In this document: piece by piece, positions 51,100 to 64,000 of the stretch
Layout of the letters: each line of letters starts with the position of its first letter
Position numbering within the stretch: position 1 is the stretch's first letter
Assembly: GCA_965655095.1 (NCBI GenBank)
Contig: OZ296649.1
Span: 41,850,001-41,914,000, forward strand
From: Haplodiscus bocki
Lineage: Eukaryota
DNA length: 64,000 nt
Direction of reading: 5' to 3'
Translations under genes and position numbers: made by a program
Notes under the pieces: model-generated
Databases searched by the model: none
Told to the model about the DNA's origin: nothing
The model's input: only the letters and a program-made list of their open reading frames with translations

Positions 51100-51382
51100 C
51101 TGAGAAATAAAATTTAAACTGAATTAGTTTGGAAATCAAATTGAAACAATAATGCGAGAATTTTATCGCAGCATTTGCTGAGATCCAGTGCGAGTTGCCT
51201 CACAAGTTTTTTTTCAAAATATAGAAGAAAAACCTCAAAATTTTTATAAATATGGTTTTGAGACTTCCTTCTTTTCAGCCTAATTTTAGTTGTTCCTTTT
51301 AAACTCAACTATTTGTTAAGCAATCGATCCACGGTGATCAAAATTCGTTCAAAATATATAATTATCATTTCTGGGGTCTAAC

Positions 51383-51860
51383 CTTTTATCAACATTCGCC
51401 GGGGTTCTGGGATGTTTTTTTGTCCAAATTCATCTTTCTGTAACGGTGACAAGCACCCAGATCCCGACTCCATTTCCGGAGTTCTGGCATCTCCCCTTCT
51501 CTGTAGTTGGGCATCCAGATTTGATTCCCCCTCTGTCCAAGATCCAGGGGTCGATAGTCTGGGTGAGTTTCCCTGTTTTGATGAAGAATACGTCTCGACT
51601 GAGTGTAAGTATCCGTGGTTTGCAACTGCACCAGAAGAGTCGATGATTTCGGGTGCGTGTGACTCAAGTTTCGATATCGCCGAGGATGAACTGAACTGAC
51701 ATTGTCCGAAAGTTGGCAAGATGCCGGTCTTGGGTGCAACTTGGATGCTCAGAGGGTAGCACATTGATGTGTTCATCAGAGGAACGGGCTCAGAATTGAG
51801 GGGCGAACTGATAGCGTGTTTGGGCTTAGAAAGCAAATTATCAATAGAGAAAGCGGCCAT
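51383..51860 (-). CDS. Vax: Vax homeobox protein, exon 1
   Basis: MAAFSIDNLL (eh1 motif)...PRRMLIK; donor AAAG|gttag in phase 1 joins exon 2 to give GAC (Asp); total CDS 1062 nt = 353 aa. Confidence 0.9.
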
Positions 51861-51939
51861 TTCGTTAATCTTGCAATATTGAAATTTTGGTCGATAAAAT
51901 TTGAAGATGGGATAATTTTATTGTTATTTTGACAAGTGT

Positions 51940-52100
51940 GATGACTGCCGGCTAGTTGTCCATTTAAAGTGTTATTGTTTACAAAGAAAAATTTATGGGA
52001 CCTATCAAGCGAAACAGCGGGAAAGACTTGAAAGAAAAAATGGATGAATCTGATTGGCTGTAAGAACAGAGGGAATGCGCAAGTCGCTTCCATTGGTTGC
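51940..52100 (-). promoter_or_regulatory. Putative Vax proximal promoter (two CCAAT boxes, TTTAAA, Inr-like CAGTC)
   Basis: Minus-strand CAGCCAATCAGA (~52055) and AACCAATG (~52093); TTTAAA at ~51965; 80-240 nt upstream of the ATG. Confidence 0.35.
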
Positions 52101-53363
52101 TTGCGATAATTTAACTTTACATCGCATCGTCCGTCCCATACTATACTTGTAAGAAGATAATTTTTGTGATAAAAATGGGAAGTATAAATTACTCGAGCAA
52201 CTTTGGGACAATGTTCTCTTCTGATTCAGGAATAACTTATTCAAGCTCCGAAAATAATCATTTACGTCTATCAAAAACACAGCAGTTTAATTGTTTATTT
52301 AGATTGTTTTTATTTTGTTTAACTACATTTTTCATTGTACTGCAGCACCAAAACGTTCTTGTTTCTTGCGTTGAAAAGAACATCCAAAAACGAAGGCCCC
52401 TGTTAAGTAAATTCTCTTGGTTTTTATACAAATATTGGGCAGTGCTGTAACGGCGCCAGTTATTTAATGGCCAGACAGCCAGAAATGGCAAAAATAAAAT
52501 AGATTCTTTTCCAGTTTTTGTTTCTTGATGCAGAGGCGACAAGCAATCCTCTTTTGTAATTAAACCCAGTAGTATCTAGAGTTAAAATGCTGGAAAAGAT
52601 GAAAACGCACTAGTTCGTTCAACAGTTCACAATTTCTATTCAGTGTCTTGAAAAATTGAAAAATTTGAGAAATAAGCTGCCTGACAATTTCAATGCGTGA
52701 AGTCAAATAACGTCGGCTGCTTGAAGTGGGTCGATTGAACCCCACAAACACCAAAATATTGTAAATTTAGAACAATTTTGAAAGCCATGATTGAATTCTG
52801 CTACCACGTGGAGTAATAATATTTTAAAGTCAGAATTTATGTGTATCAGATATCTCCATAAACTTAAAACTGTTAATTGTTTTTTTAAATGAAGAGTTTG
52901 GCGAGTGTACAAATCATCATTTTGAAACAGCAATACAGCAGTGTTGTCACTTGAAAAAATTGTTTTGAACCGAATTTAAATTTTTAAAACATAACATTTC
53001 GCTTAAAAAGCAAAAACTTGAAGCTTCGTTATTTGAAACATGATTGAAACCCACGACATAATTCAAACTAACCCTATCGAGATTTCCGTCCTCCTTTGGC
53101 ATATCAGTGGGTAATTTCGACAAAATTTACTTTACGTTTGGGACAATTTCCCAAAAAAGCCTTACAGAATGTATCATAATAAATGATGCGCCGCTTTCTG
53201 CTTGCCAAAAAGGTGGCTCAAACAGCGATATGTTCAGAAATTTTCCTCCGCTTGCTGGCGACGGTGAATTGGTATTATCATCAAAAATGATGAACTCGCA
53301 TCGCTAATTTGAATTCTAATTTGCGGTCCCGGGAATTAAAATTTTTCAATGTTTTCTAAACTA

Positions 53364-54651
53364 CACAAGTGTGATAAAAGAATCAGACTCCTTACTGTGA
53401 GAAAAGATTCGGACGATCAACAAAATCTCCTGCAGAAGCAATTCTAACAAAAAATAAATCCAGAAACCATTGAAACTAACAAAAAAAACTCAAAATTTTT
53501 TTGTTTTTTCCATTACACTGGACAATTTTATTTAATCTATCTGGAATTGAGCTATAAAAGTTTTGAATGTACTCCAAAGGTATTCTTTCGAATTCTTCTT
53601 GACAAAATGCCCAAAGTTCCTCAAAATTTTAGGGATGTCTTTGGAAAACTCTTTTCTTTAGCAGACTTCAAACATTTTCGATAATTTTGATGTCTGGTGA
53701 ATTCGGTGGCCAGTTTTCGAGAATTTCTAATCCATTTTCGGAAAACCAAGTCTTTGAAAGGATCGAATTATGTGCAGGAGCGTTATCTTGCTGCAATTTT
53801 TCGCCCAAAAACATTTCCGGCAATAGACTTTCTTGCAAATTCTGCAAATATTTGATCGAATTTATCGTTCCACAGATTTTTTGGAGACATTTTTGACCAT
53901 CGTGGGCAATAAAACCCCAAAGCATCAATATATTTTTGCCAAATTTTCGGGTTTCCGATAAATTCTTCTTTTCCATTCCGGTATTGGGTAAAAGACGGAC
54001 TAATACTCGTTTGTTAGGGTGCAGTTCCAGTGTTGTTTCGTCCGAAAACAGCACATTTTGCCAGAAAAATTTGGGAATTAAAGCGTAATCTTTTGCAAAA
54101 AATTTTCTGGGAAGTCAATTTCTCGCCGTAAGATAGGGTTTTTGATAGCAATTTTAGCACGCAAATGATAGGAGATTAATATTTTTCGTATCAAACTTGT
54201 GGAACAACTTTTTTTCGGGTTAAGATGCCATAAAACATGAGTTGAATTTTTTTGGGATCCTTCTGTGATAAATTTATCAATTGTTTTTCCTCTTTAGAAT
54301 CCAAACTTTTCGGTCTACTCGGACTTTTTCAATTTTTGACATGTCTGCGGGAATTATGTCTTCCAACAATATCCCAACAAGTGCTTTTTGGAACAGACGT
54401 AGCCTTCGAAATTGAAACCAAACTTTATCCTTTGTGGTAAAGTGAAACTACTTTTTGTTTAGCTTCAGTACTGCTATAAGGCATCCTTAAACTTTTTAAG
54501 CCAACTATTTTTATGAAACTTGTCAATTGTATTTACCGAGAATTAGGGTTTTCAAAATTAATTTCTGTTACATAATATTTTATTTGCTCAGAAGTATACC
54601 GTCCAAAACTTTTCTCACAGTAAGGAGTTCGATTCTTTAATCACACTAGTG
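53364..54651 (-). mobile_element. Tc1-like DNA transposon (1288 bp)
   Basis: TA|CACAAGTGTGATAAAAGAATC..ACTCCTTACTGTGAGAAAAG mirrored by CTTTTCTCACAGTAAGGAGT..GATTCTTTAATCACACTAGTG|TA (~50-bp TIR, TA TSD). Confidence 0.92.
53530..54484 (-). pseudogene. Tc1-family transposase (DD35E) with stops and frameshifts
   Basis: ATG at 54484 with an HTH-like N-terminus containing stops; LFSDET, LMLWG, LQQDNAPAH, WPPNSPDIKIIENV; 3' end approximate. Confidence 0.85.
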
Positions 54652-57600
54652 TATTTCTTCTGTTTCAAAACTTCGTGAAAAAAGTGTGAAAAAATTGTTT
54701 CAGAGGGACAGCACTGACAGCTTGGAACGATTACTAACTTGTCTTCACGCCAATGGCTCGTTCACAGAGACGGAAACAATCATTCAGACGGTCACAGGTC
54801 GAAATATCACAGGACAAAACATCCAACCGACAAATCCAGAAGTTTTGAAAAGAATATAGAGTGAAAATTGAAAAGCATTGAAAATTTTCTAGGCGTTTTA
54901 AGAATTAGGATATAAGTTGCATGACTATAATTCTTCAAAAAATGATGTATGTCCGAATTTCAGAACAATTACTGAGACTGCGTTCTATTTTCCAAAAAGC
55001 TACTATAGTGATTTTTCCAGACCCAAATGAAACTGATCCAACTTCAGGAAGTCAATATTTTTGTAATAACACCGCTGAAGTTTCACAACTAATTTATAAA
55101 AGAATGAATTCCAAAGATTTTCGCTACTTCTTTTGCAAAACATCCAGATGTTTTTGAAAGAGCACCAAATTTATTAGCGACTATAGTTTAGATCTAGTCG
55201 ACCATATGAACTGTCTGATCATCTAACCTGTCCTCAATGACAATCCAGCTACGTTGGGCATACAACCCGTCATCTGCCTATTTGATTACTAGAGCATGCG
55301 AGATTTTGTATCAACGTGGGTGAGCATCTGACAAAATATGGGGTGAATATGGCTGAGGATAGTGTGAAAAGCATAGACCGAAGTAGCAACAACTAAAAAC
55401 TTCTGACATCAGGGGCCCTTCAAACATTAAGGAAAAAAACAAGGATCAATGCTAAATAAGAAAACAGGTCAGCTAACCTTGAGGGTAAAAAACACCCTTT
55501 CATTGTCGCAATTTTATTTGTTGTGTAGACAAATTTATAATTTAGTTCAAATGTCAGTCGTAAAGAATGTCTTTGGGTATGGTTTGTTAGCATTATATAT
55601 ATTTTTTCAATTTCTAATCATGACACTTTGTGTCAAAAACGTTGAAAGCATCTGAGCCTGAAACTTTTAATAGTAAGAAGCCAAGAATGGCCAGAGTCGC
55701 ACAGCTCAAAATACTCAGAGGACGGAGTTGATTTTGATGTTTTGAAAAAATGGTTTTGAGCAAAAGTTTCTCAATGATGTGAGAAAATATAGCTTTTTCT
55801 GAGATTCCAACCCGCTACTTGTCGATTCAGTAGTTTTATATGAGAGTATCAGAAAAAATTTTGCACCGAATGCACAATTGTTTTCAAAAATACTTGGTAC
55901 TGTTTCCGCTATGAGGTATTGAAGTCTTTGATAACCGATATGAGAAAACATAGCTTATGTTGGGATTCGAACCCATTACCTGTTGATTCGTTAGATTTTG
56001 TAACAGGGTTATCGCGGAAAAAATTTGAACCGAAGGACTTAAAATTTTTCCAAAAAAGCTAGGCTTTGTTTGGTTTCCGACATAAGGAACAAATAAAATA
56101 AAACCTATACCGTGGCTGAAACCCGCCACCTTTGGCTTCAAAGCCTTTTTGTCCCAACCACTGTGGAGCATATAATTCAAAAATTGGGAAGTATCACGAA
56201 CTTCCCAAAAGTTTTTCATGTTTGCCTTTGGAAAAAGTTCCAGTAATTGTAAGGGGGTATCCCGAAATTAATTGATTCTAAGAGTTTTGAAGGGTATGGT
56301 GCAAATCTTAGCATCGAAAGCAGCAACTTTCCAGAAAAATGTAACAATACTTCTCCATACGAATTGTGGGTTGACTCGAAGTGAGGATACTTGCCTTACA
56401 AAGAAAAAAAAGTATCTCTAAAAGTCGGGTCCTTTATTTCATAATGTGGCGACTAAAAATTAATGCAGCTGTGCCTTTTTTGCAGATCTGCACAAGACTA
56501 GAATTTTTTTGCAAAATTTCTTTGGCATTTTTAGCCACAACAAAATAGCCAATTTTGCAATTCTTCACAAAAATTTTAGTTTTTAGCTTTCCAGGTCAGA
56601 ATTTTAGGGGAAAATGCAGTCTAAATCAGAAAAAAACACTGCTTCAGCTTGCTTCTGAAATATTTCAGCTTTTTATGTTTTTCTGAAGAGTTCAAGTTGG
56701 CTAATAAGGCCAATTTCGGAAAAACGTTTTGGTTTTCAGTCGGCGATTGTTAGAAGAAAAAGGGACCAATTATCACACTTACTTTTGTGTTTTAAGAACT
56801 CTGAAATCAAAAAATTTCTACAAAAATTCCACGTTTCTAATTAATTGGTGCTGTAGAAACTCCCGGGGGTCTAAACGGTATGAAAAAAAGGTCATCATAA
56901 GTCATAGATACGGTTTGGAGACTAGATATTATCAAATTTTTTCGGGATACGTCTGATTTTTGGGTTTTCGGTATGTTTCAAATGTTTGGTGTTTTCTGTA
57001 TCTGCATTATGGTTCCACCCCCATCGATTTTTTTGCTGCACTGCCCCGTTGAGACCAAAAGGTTTTAATCCATGAATAAAGGTTCGAGATTAAGTAAATC
57101 GATTTTTTTCGAGAAAACGTTTATTTTTGGGTGTTTGCTGCATTTGTATGATTTCGCCACCCCCTATTGTTTCAGCTAGCCCGGCCCATTGGTCCAGATG
57201 GCGGGACAAAAAGTGTGAAAAGCATAGACAAGGGCTTGAGACTAAGCATGTCCCATTTTTAAAAACAGTCCAATGTTAGTTTTTCACCACCCAAGCTTCA
57301 TCATAAACCCATAGATCGTTGAAGTCTATGATACTAAAAAAGAAATAACCCAAGGTTATTTTGAGCCGTACGGGTGGCGCCAACTTCGGGACGTTCCCGG
57401 CATGCTAATTTCCTACCTCCCAAATGATTTTTTTCGCTATATATATCAGTAAAATTTATTAAAATAAAACCAATTCAGGCTATGTTCGACAAATTTTTGA
57501 AATATACTTAAAAACAGCGCCAAATTTGGTCTTTTCAAGTGGGATAAAGAAACGAGCTTAGCACAGAAATTAGAGCTTTTTGCTTTTTTGCATTCCAAAT

Positions 57601-58299
57601 CAGTTTTTTACTTGGCAATATATAAAGATTGATAAAAGGCTTAAGTTAGGCAATTTATCAGATTTTTTTTCGGAGATTTTGATGCAAAAACGTATAGTTT
57701 CCATGTCCTATTGCAGAAGAAACTGTTAGTACAGCGAGTTTTTGAATTTTTTTTCCGAAAACTCATTTTTTCTTCAAAATTAAAGGTCGGTATTTTGTCA
57801 GATTCCTTTCCACGCTATCAAACTGTCCTTTGCTATCGACGTGTCTAGTTTCTGAGCCAGAAGTGAGCCTTTTGGCTTCTCAGGACGCCCATGTTTTTCA
57901 TTCACACTATAATATTTCCTACATTTTTGCACAGTTGTAATAGTAGCAATAATTATAATTTAGATTTTAAGTCGTTTCAGATACAACACATTAGGTACAA
58001 AAAAACCAAAATTTTGGCTCCTTGGTTAAATAGATCTGTGAATGTGCCGAAAATATATTGACAAATCTGTAGATGCACACTAGTGATTAAAACAGACGCA
58101 TCAAGGCTTTCAAAAAATACGTACTTTGAAAAATCTCATTGGCTAATTAAGATTAAAATGCAGATACTATTGGTCCACATTTCTGTTGATTTTTGACAGC
58201 CAAATTCTGCAGAATTGTCTGAATAAAATTTCTGTGGAGTTTGTTTTTTTTCTAATTTTGAGGTTGTTTTGAATACTTTTTGCCAAACTTTTGTTCCCA

Positions 58300-60700
58300 A
58301 AAGAATCCCTGAATCTCCTGAGGCAACTAATACCTTTTGATATCAAAGTTATGCAGTTTTTCTGTAAAATGGAAATCCTAAATATATCATTCTCGAAATC
58401 CTATGTAATATATGTAATTTCCAAAACCGCTATTTTGAGAGCTCGGTATTTTAACTATTTCAAATTAGTTTCTGATGCAAAACATATCAGTGGCTTCACG
58501 ATGGCCAGAGGAATTTTTCGAATTTGAAAGTTGTCGGAAAACAATTTGCAAAGTTGATCAAATAGGGGAAAGCCTCCAATCTGAACCAAAATTGACCAAA
58601 AATGGCTTTTTGTAACTTTTGCAATAATGACAGTAGCAGCGTCAAGTAGAAATGGTTCTAAACTAAACAAGAAGCGCAGTCGCTCTGCGATATTTTCCGT
58701 CAATGTGGCGTATGAAAAAATTGAGCAAACATAAAAAAAACCACATTTAAAAATACTCCAATTTTGACAAACGAACATCTAGATGCAGACCTTGGTGGAA
58801 AAATTCAAGCTCATAGCTTCAAACAGTTAAGAGTCTGAAAATCGACAAAATAAGAATATTAATTGGACATTTTCGCATTTTCGGCCGATCAAAATTTCAA
58901 TGAAAGAGACACAATGACTGATTATTCCATCTGATGAACATTCGAAAACGTATCACCGCCAATTCAGACCTTGGTAGAAACTTCAAATATGTAGTATTAG
59001 AGAAGAACAAGTTGGAATATTGAAATATCTCAATACTAATAGCACTCTGCCACTTTTGGTCAATCAAAATTCCAATTCTGGCGTAGAGGACAGGCTTTTT
59101 GATGTTCAGAAACGAAACGTCCACCCCAAGTAAAAAGCTATCAATTAACACTCCAAGAAAAGTAGAAAACTTTAGATTGAGACCTGGAAAAAATTTAAAA
59201 CAGTTTTTTTGGAGAAAAACGACTTCGAAATTCGAGATGGGTTTGAAATCTAAAAACTTCTGGATTGCAATGCAACCATTATAATACTCTTTTTCAAAAC
59301 TCAATTTTCCTCAAAAAGTAGAGTCCTTTCGAATTCTAATTTGGTCGAGGAAATCAAGCTTGTAGTTATAAGGAAATAGGCTTGAAAGTACAGATTTGTC
59401 AAAAGTGAGAGCATTTTGCCATTCTCGGTCTTCCAAGATTCCAACGCACGGAACAAAATCAATGAAATTTTAATCAAGTAGTCTGCCAAAGAGAAAAAGC
59501 TTCAGATTGAGATGTTGAATCAAGAAATCATTTCACCGGTTATGGAGAACTATGAGTTGGGTTATCGGAAAAACGTCAAAACTAACAACAATTCGTCGGT
59601 TTTTTCGAACTAACAAAATTGCACGGCAAGTAACGATATTATTGCTTTTCAAAACTACAAGAACCTCTGCAACTAATGAGCAGTCAATTAAAGCACTGAT
59701 GAAAAAAAATGCAGGTGGTTGCAGAGAAAAGATTTTCTATCTCTTGATGAATCAAACATAAAGGCTCATTTTGGAAAATTCGTATTATTAGTACACTAAT
59801 ACAAGAAACAATATAAATGACTTTCCAATTGAACTCTCTTGTACAAGTGTAAAATGTAAGAATTGTTCCATCGAAAGTTTGATGGAGGAAATAAAGCCGG
59901 TAGTTCCCCGGAAAAAAATTATGAAAAGAGAGATATATCTATACTGATAGCACTTTCTGAACTTTTCGGATGATTTTAATGATTCTGATGCAAGCATCAA
60001 ATCCAATGACTTCTCAACCGATTGTTCCTTTACAACAGTAAAACCTGCGATTGAGACCACTATGGAACAAATTAAAGCTGTACTTTCTGAAAACATAGGT
60101 TTTGGAAATCGAGATAAATCTGAATTGATTTCTTTTTTCTGGAAATTACGGTTAACCAAGAACTTGAAACATGGAAAAAAACGATGGTTTTCAAATCAGA
60201 TCCGCCTTTTTTGGTGGCAAGTTTTTGTTTCAGGACTTGATCGAGGAAATCTTACCAGTATTTGCTGAGAAAAAAGAGTTTGAATAGTGAGACGTATCAA
60301 TAATAATAGCATTTGTCGGAAGTTTCGGACAATCAGGATTATGGTGGAAGTCGCAAAACCACCAATGTTTCAATGGGGTACTCTGGGATATTCACAGGGT
60401 TTCTAATTGAGACCTAATTGAAATAATTGAGTCTTGTTTTTTTGGAGAAGAAAGAGTTGCAACATCAAGCAAATTCAATACTAGTTGCATTTTTTGGTAT
60501 CCCTTCAATCTGGGGATTACAGATGGATATGTTCCAGTAGAGTATTTCTCAAGTGTTTTCTGACCCTGGAGAAACTAGAGATATGAAAAAACGGATACTC
60601 AAAAAATGAAAAAAAAATCAATTGTTTTCGCCTTTTATTATTATTTTTAGCTGTTTCCTAAACTTTCAACTGTTTTAGGCTTTTTATGAAAATCGAAAGT
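58300..60700 (+). pseudogene. Highly decayed non-LTR (LINE, CR1/L2-like) ORF2 relic
   Basis: Weak, ordered echoes of RT motifs (SIKSNDFSTD..TTVKP, GLDRGN..KEFE, GYSQGF.LRP); boundaries uncertain. Confidence 0.3.
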
Positions 60701-62759
60701 GTTTTTTTCCGATTTTTTTTGAAAGTTTTCGAGAAGTGCCGATTCGCTTTAGTGGATAATTTTCGAAAAAAGTAGAGCCCACCTATCAAAAAACCCTTAA
60801 CTATGTCGAAAAAACCCTGTTTTTTGTTATTCAAAAATAAAAACGACTCAACGAGTTTCTAAAAATAGTTCAAAAAATATGGCCGACAGCGCGTGATTTT
60901 CGCTTCCTAACCGCGGTGACGCCCACTCATATGTATTATTCAAGGCTTTAATGGTTCTGCAATGTGCGCGCACATAAATCTGCGCGTCAAGGACAGTTTC
61001 AGGAAAAAGAAAAAAACTCCGACTACTGAATTGAATATTTTCCTTGCGAATTTTTTTTCGACGGAAAATAATAAAGTTCTCAGAAAGTTTATTAATGTAT
61101 TTTTTGGAAACTCCTTATTGTTTTAGCGCTTTTCGAATTTGAGATTTGTGCTTTGATGCATTTATTTTCATCACAGTTTTAATTTATGTGGTTTATATAC
61201 GTGCTATGGTTGATGCGTTGTCAAATTTCCGAGAACTTTTAGTAATTTATCATTCTGAGCCAAAGCAACCAATTTGCGCGTTTGATTGTCATGAAAGTTA
61301 CAGAACGCATCAAAAATTGTCTTGGTATCATCGCATCGTTACGCATCCAAACTAGCGTTAAAATGCCACTTCTTTTCAAACTTCTGAAGTCATAGCCCGC
61401 TTTTCTTGAAGCCAAAGCGTTTTTATTCTTCTGGAAATTTTGAAAAAAATTCGGTAAAATCTGCTGCTTCTAAAAATTTTAGCTCCAAAAATGAGATTTT
61501 TACGTTGGAAGAGTGCAGATGAGACAATTTTTTTGACGCTTACTATATTTGCTGGTTTGTCATGTGAAAAATTAGTGACACAGGTTATTCTTCCTCTTCT
61601 TGTCATAAACTTGCATTGTATTCAGAGAAAAACATTGTTCGAAATTTTTGTTCTTATTTCATTATTGTCTAATTTGAAAAGAATCAATGGCAAAGAGCTC
61701 ATATAAAGACTAACTACTTTTTGTTTTTATTTTCATGCTTTTTGAACACTTTCTCTTCCAATGAAAACGCCTTTTTATTACTTTTTATTCGTTGCGTTTC
61801 TTTTCTTTAAGGTTTTTCAAACATTTAAAATCTGACAATTGAGAAGAACGCACGATGTCCATTGTGGTGATGTTAAAAACTCGAAGTCATGTTGTTACAC
61901 TTCAATTGTCTAATTTGCATTGAATCAAATAGTTTAGGACTTTTGGCGTCGTTTAAGGGGGTGTTAGAAGTGTTTTTGAACATTCAAAATATCACCTTTA
62001 CAATAATTAGCTTCTTAAAAAAAACTCAACGTTCACTAATCACAAGAAAATTGGCAGTGGAGCCATAAATTTTGATCACTTTCGAACAGGAACAGTTCAA
62101 CTTAAAGGAAAGTTCTAAAAGTTTTAGAATCGAAAAGTGGCTATTTTGGAAGATTTTCCCATAGTCGCTGATAGTAGGAATTTATTGTAACTAACGTCAC
62201 TATAATGTACCTGGTATCTCATTCACTGCAGAATCTAACGAACCCAAAAACTTCATGGTAAGGAAAAATGATCGAAAATGCTACAACCAAAAAGTTCCTC
62301 ACTCCTGTTTTTTGTATTAGAGTTATTCGAAAAGCAAAAACCGGAAACTTTTCGCGATAGCCCGTTTGCATGTTCAAAAATTCTTTCGGACAATTTTTTC
62401 CCGCAAATATCAAAACTTTTCGCAACACCGTCATAACATTTTGATAATCCAACATTTCCTTAAAAAGACCAAAAAATTATCCGATACCCTTCGATATTTT
62501 GGGAAACTCAATTAGCAAAAACTTTGGAAATTAGAATTAACCAGCTACTGAGGCAGAGTATGGTACCAAAGAAACCCCACAAAAAGATTTGGTACGGAAA
62601 CAGAAAAATTTGGACAAAAAAAACCTTTCTATTTTCAGTCGTAATCTAAATTACGAAAAGAAAATATTTTTCTCAGTGGTTTGATTTCTTCTCCGGAGTT
62701 TGCCTGTTCGGCGTAAACATGTTCATGTTTTTTTTAAAAAAAAACTAAACTGTTCATAT

Positions 62760-63130
62760 GGACTTGTAGAATGCAATTTTGACAATCCTGACGAAAAATT
62801 TCCCCTGAAATCCGAAAATTTTTCGTTCCAATCTAAAAAAAAAACAATTTTTCATTGAAAGATTTTTTTCCAAAATCTTTCTCTGTACATGCAGAATGCA
62901 GTTTTGACAAGCCTGCCAAAAACTTTCGCTGAAATCCAAAAATTTTTCGTTCCAGTTTAAAAAAATCAATTTTTCATTGAGAATTTTTTCTCCAAAATCT
63001 TTCTCTGTACATGCAGTATGCAGTTTTGACAAGCCTGCCGAAAACTTTTCGTTCAAAGTCCGAAAATTTATGCTTCTTCTCCAAAAAATATATATAATTT
63101 TTCCCTTAAAATTGTTAGCCCCAAAATGTT
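62760..63130. repeat. About 3 tandem copies of a ~123-bp repeat
   Basis: ATGCAGTTTTGACAAGCCTGCC-type motif recurs at ~62770, ~62896 and ~63018. Confidence 0.75.
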
Positions 63131-64000
63131 TCTGAGGACAGGTAGGAAACAAATATGACAATATTGCCAAAAAATTATCTCTGAACTTTCGATGTTTTTA
63201 CTAGCGGTCTAAAGGTTTTTCGATAGATTTCTTTCCGCTAAACGCTTGAGAACCGGTAAAATTTGGCCAATTTGACCAATTTTTTCAATTTATAGATCAA
63301 TTAATCCCGCATATAGGGCTCCAAATTGCCTGAAACTTGCACAAGTTGAACGAAGAGACTGTTGCTTTGCAGAGTAAGTTTCGGTTGTGGTACGACATTT
63401 TTCGACGTGCGAAAGAAAGTTGATAATCGAGTTTACTTCGTCAACGTGGTCGCGAATTTTGTCAAATTAAAAAAAAATGATTCCTCATATGGGGCTTTCA
63501 ACTACCTGAACCTTGCCTAGGCCTAATGCAGAGACTCTATTTTATCACAGGGTAAGTTTAGCTTCTGGTCCGATAAATTTTCGATGTTTTTTCTGTGAAA
63601 GTAGTTTGAAAAGGAGATAAATTTGTCAATTTCGACACGATATTCGTCATCTTATTAGTCATTTGTATCTTTTGCCAATTTTCGCTGAAGAGACTCTCGT
63701 TTATCACAAATGAATTTTGTTTGCCCTCCGTTACTTTTTTGGAAGTTCAATTTCGCAAAAGTACGAAAATCGGTCTAATTTTTTTTATTTGCTAAAAATT
63801 GTCATAGTGTAGGTCTTTTTTCAAGCATGTTCAGCTCCAAATTGCTTCGTTTTTTTTTCAATTTCCGCATTTGGACTCTTTTTAATCACATACTATTTTT
63901 CAGAAGCGGTGCGACAGTGTTTTGATCTCTAATTTTTGCGAAAGAATCTTGAAAATTGAGTTTTATTTGGTTTTTTGAGGGTTTTTGAGACATTCAAATC

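Noticed and set aside
62754-63170. 138-aa ORF and most other 60-150-aa ORFs in the track
   Set aside because: They are translations of tandem repeats, antisense shadows of real genes or relics, or chance ORFs with alternative starts in AT-rich DNA.

Overview
AT-rich, repeat-dense animal (invertebrate) genomic DNA with spliceosomal introns. The repeat style is reminiscent of acoel genomes, but that is only an impression. I can support one host gene, a three-exon Vax homeobox gene on the minus strand (51860->46804, 353 aa). Two large mobile elements dominate the window. (1) A decayed ~15.8 kb Maverick/Polinton (14654-30494) with ~600-bp TIRs, a near-perfect 6-bp TSD and pseudogenes of pPolB, packaging ATPase, integrase, minor and major capsid, a core-like protein and an adenain-type protease. 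(2) A very young, gag-only LTR retroelement (33357-40286, minus strand, CTAG TSD). Its ~2.1-kb LTRs carry an array of 13-15 x 58/59-bp units, each with a covarying 23-nt stem-loop. It has a tRNA PBS, no pol, no recognisable PPT and a hairpin-dense 3' non-coding region, and is the most unusual object here. The rest comprises a DD35E Tc1-like element upstream of Vax, a BEL/Pao integrase relic, several MITE families, Helitron-like repeats containing a tRNA-like segment, and two abutting zero-spacer palindromes. All protein-family calls come from motif recognition by eye, not database searches.
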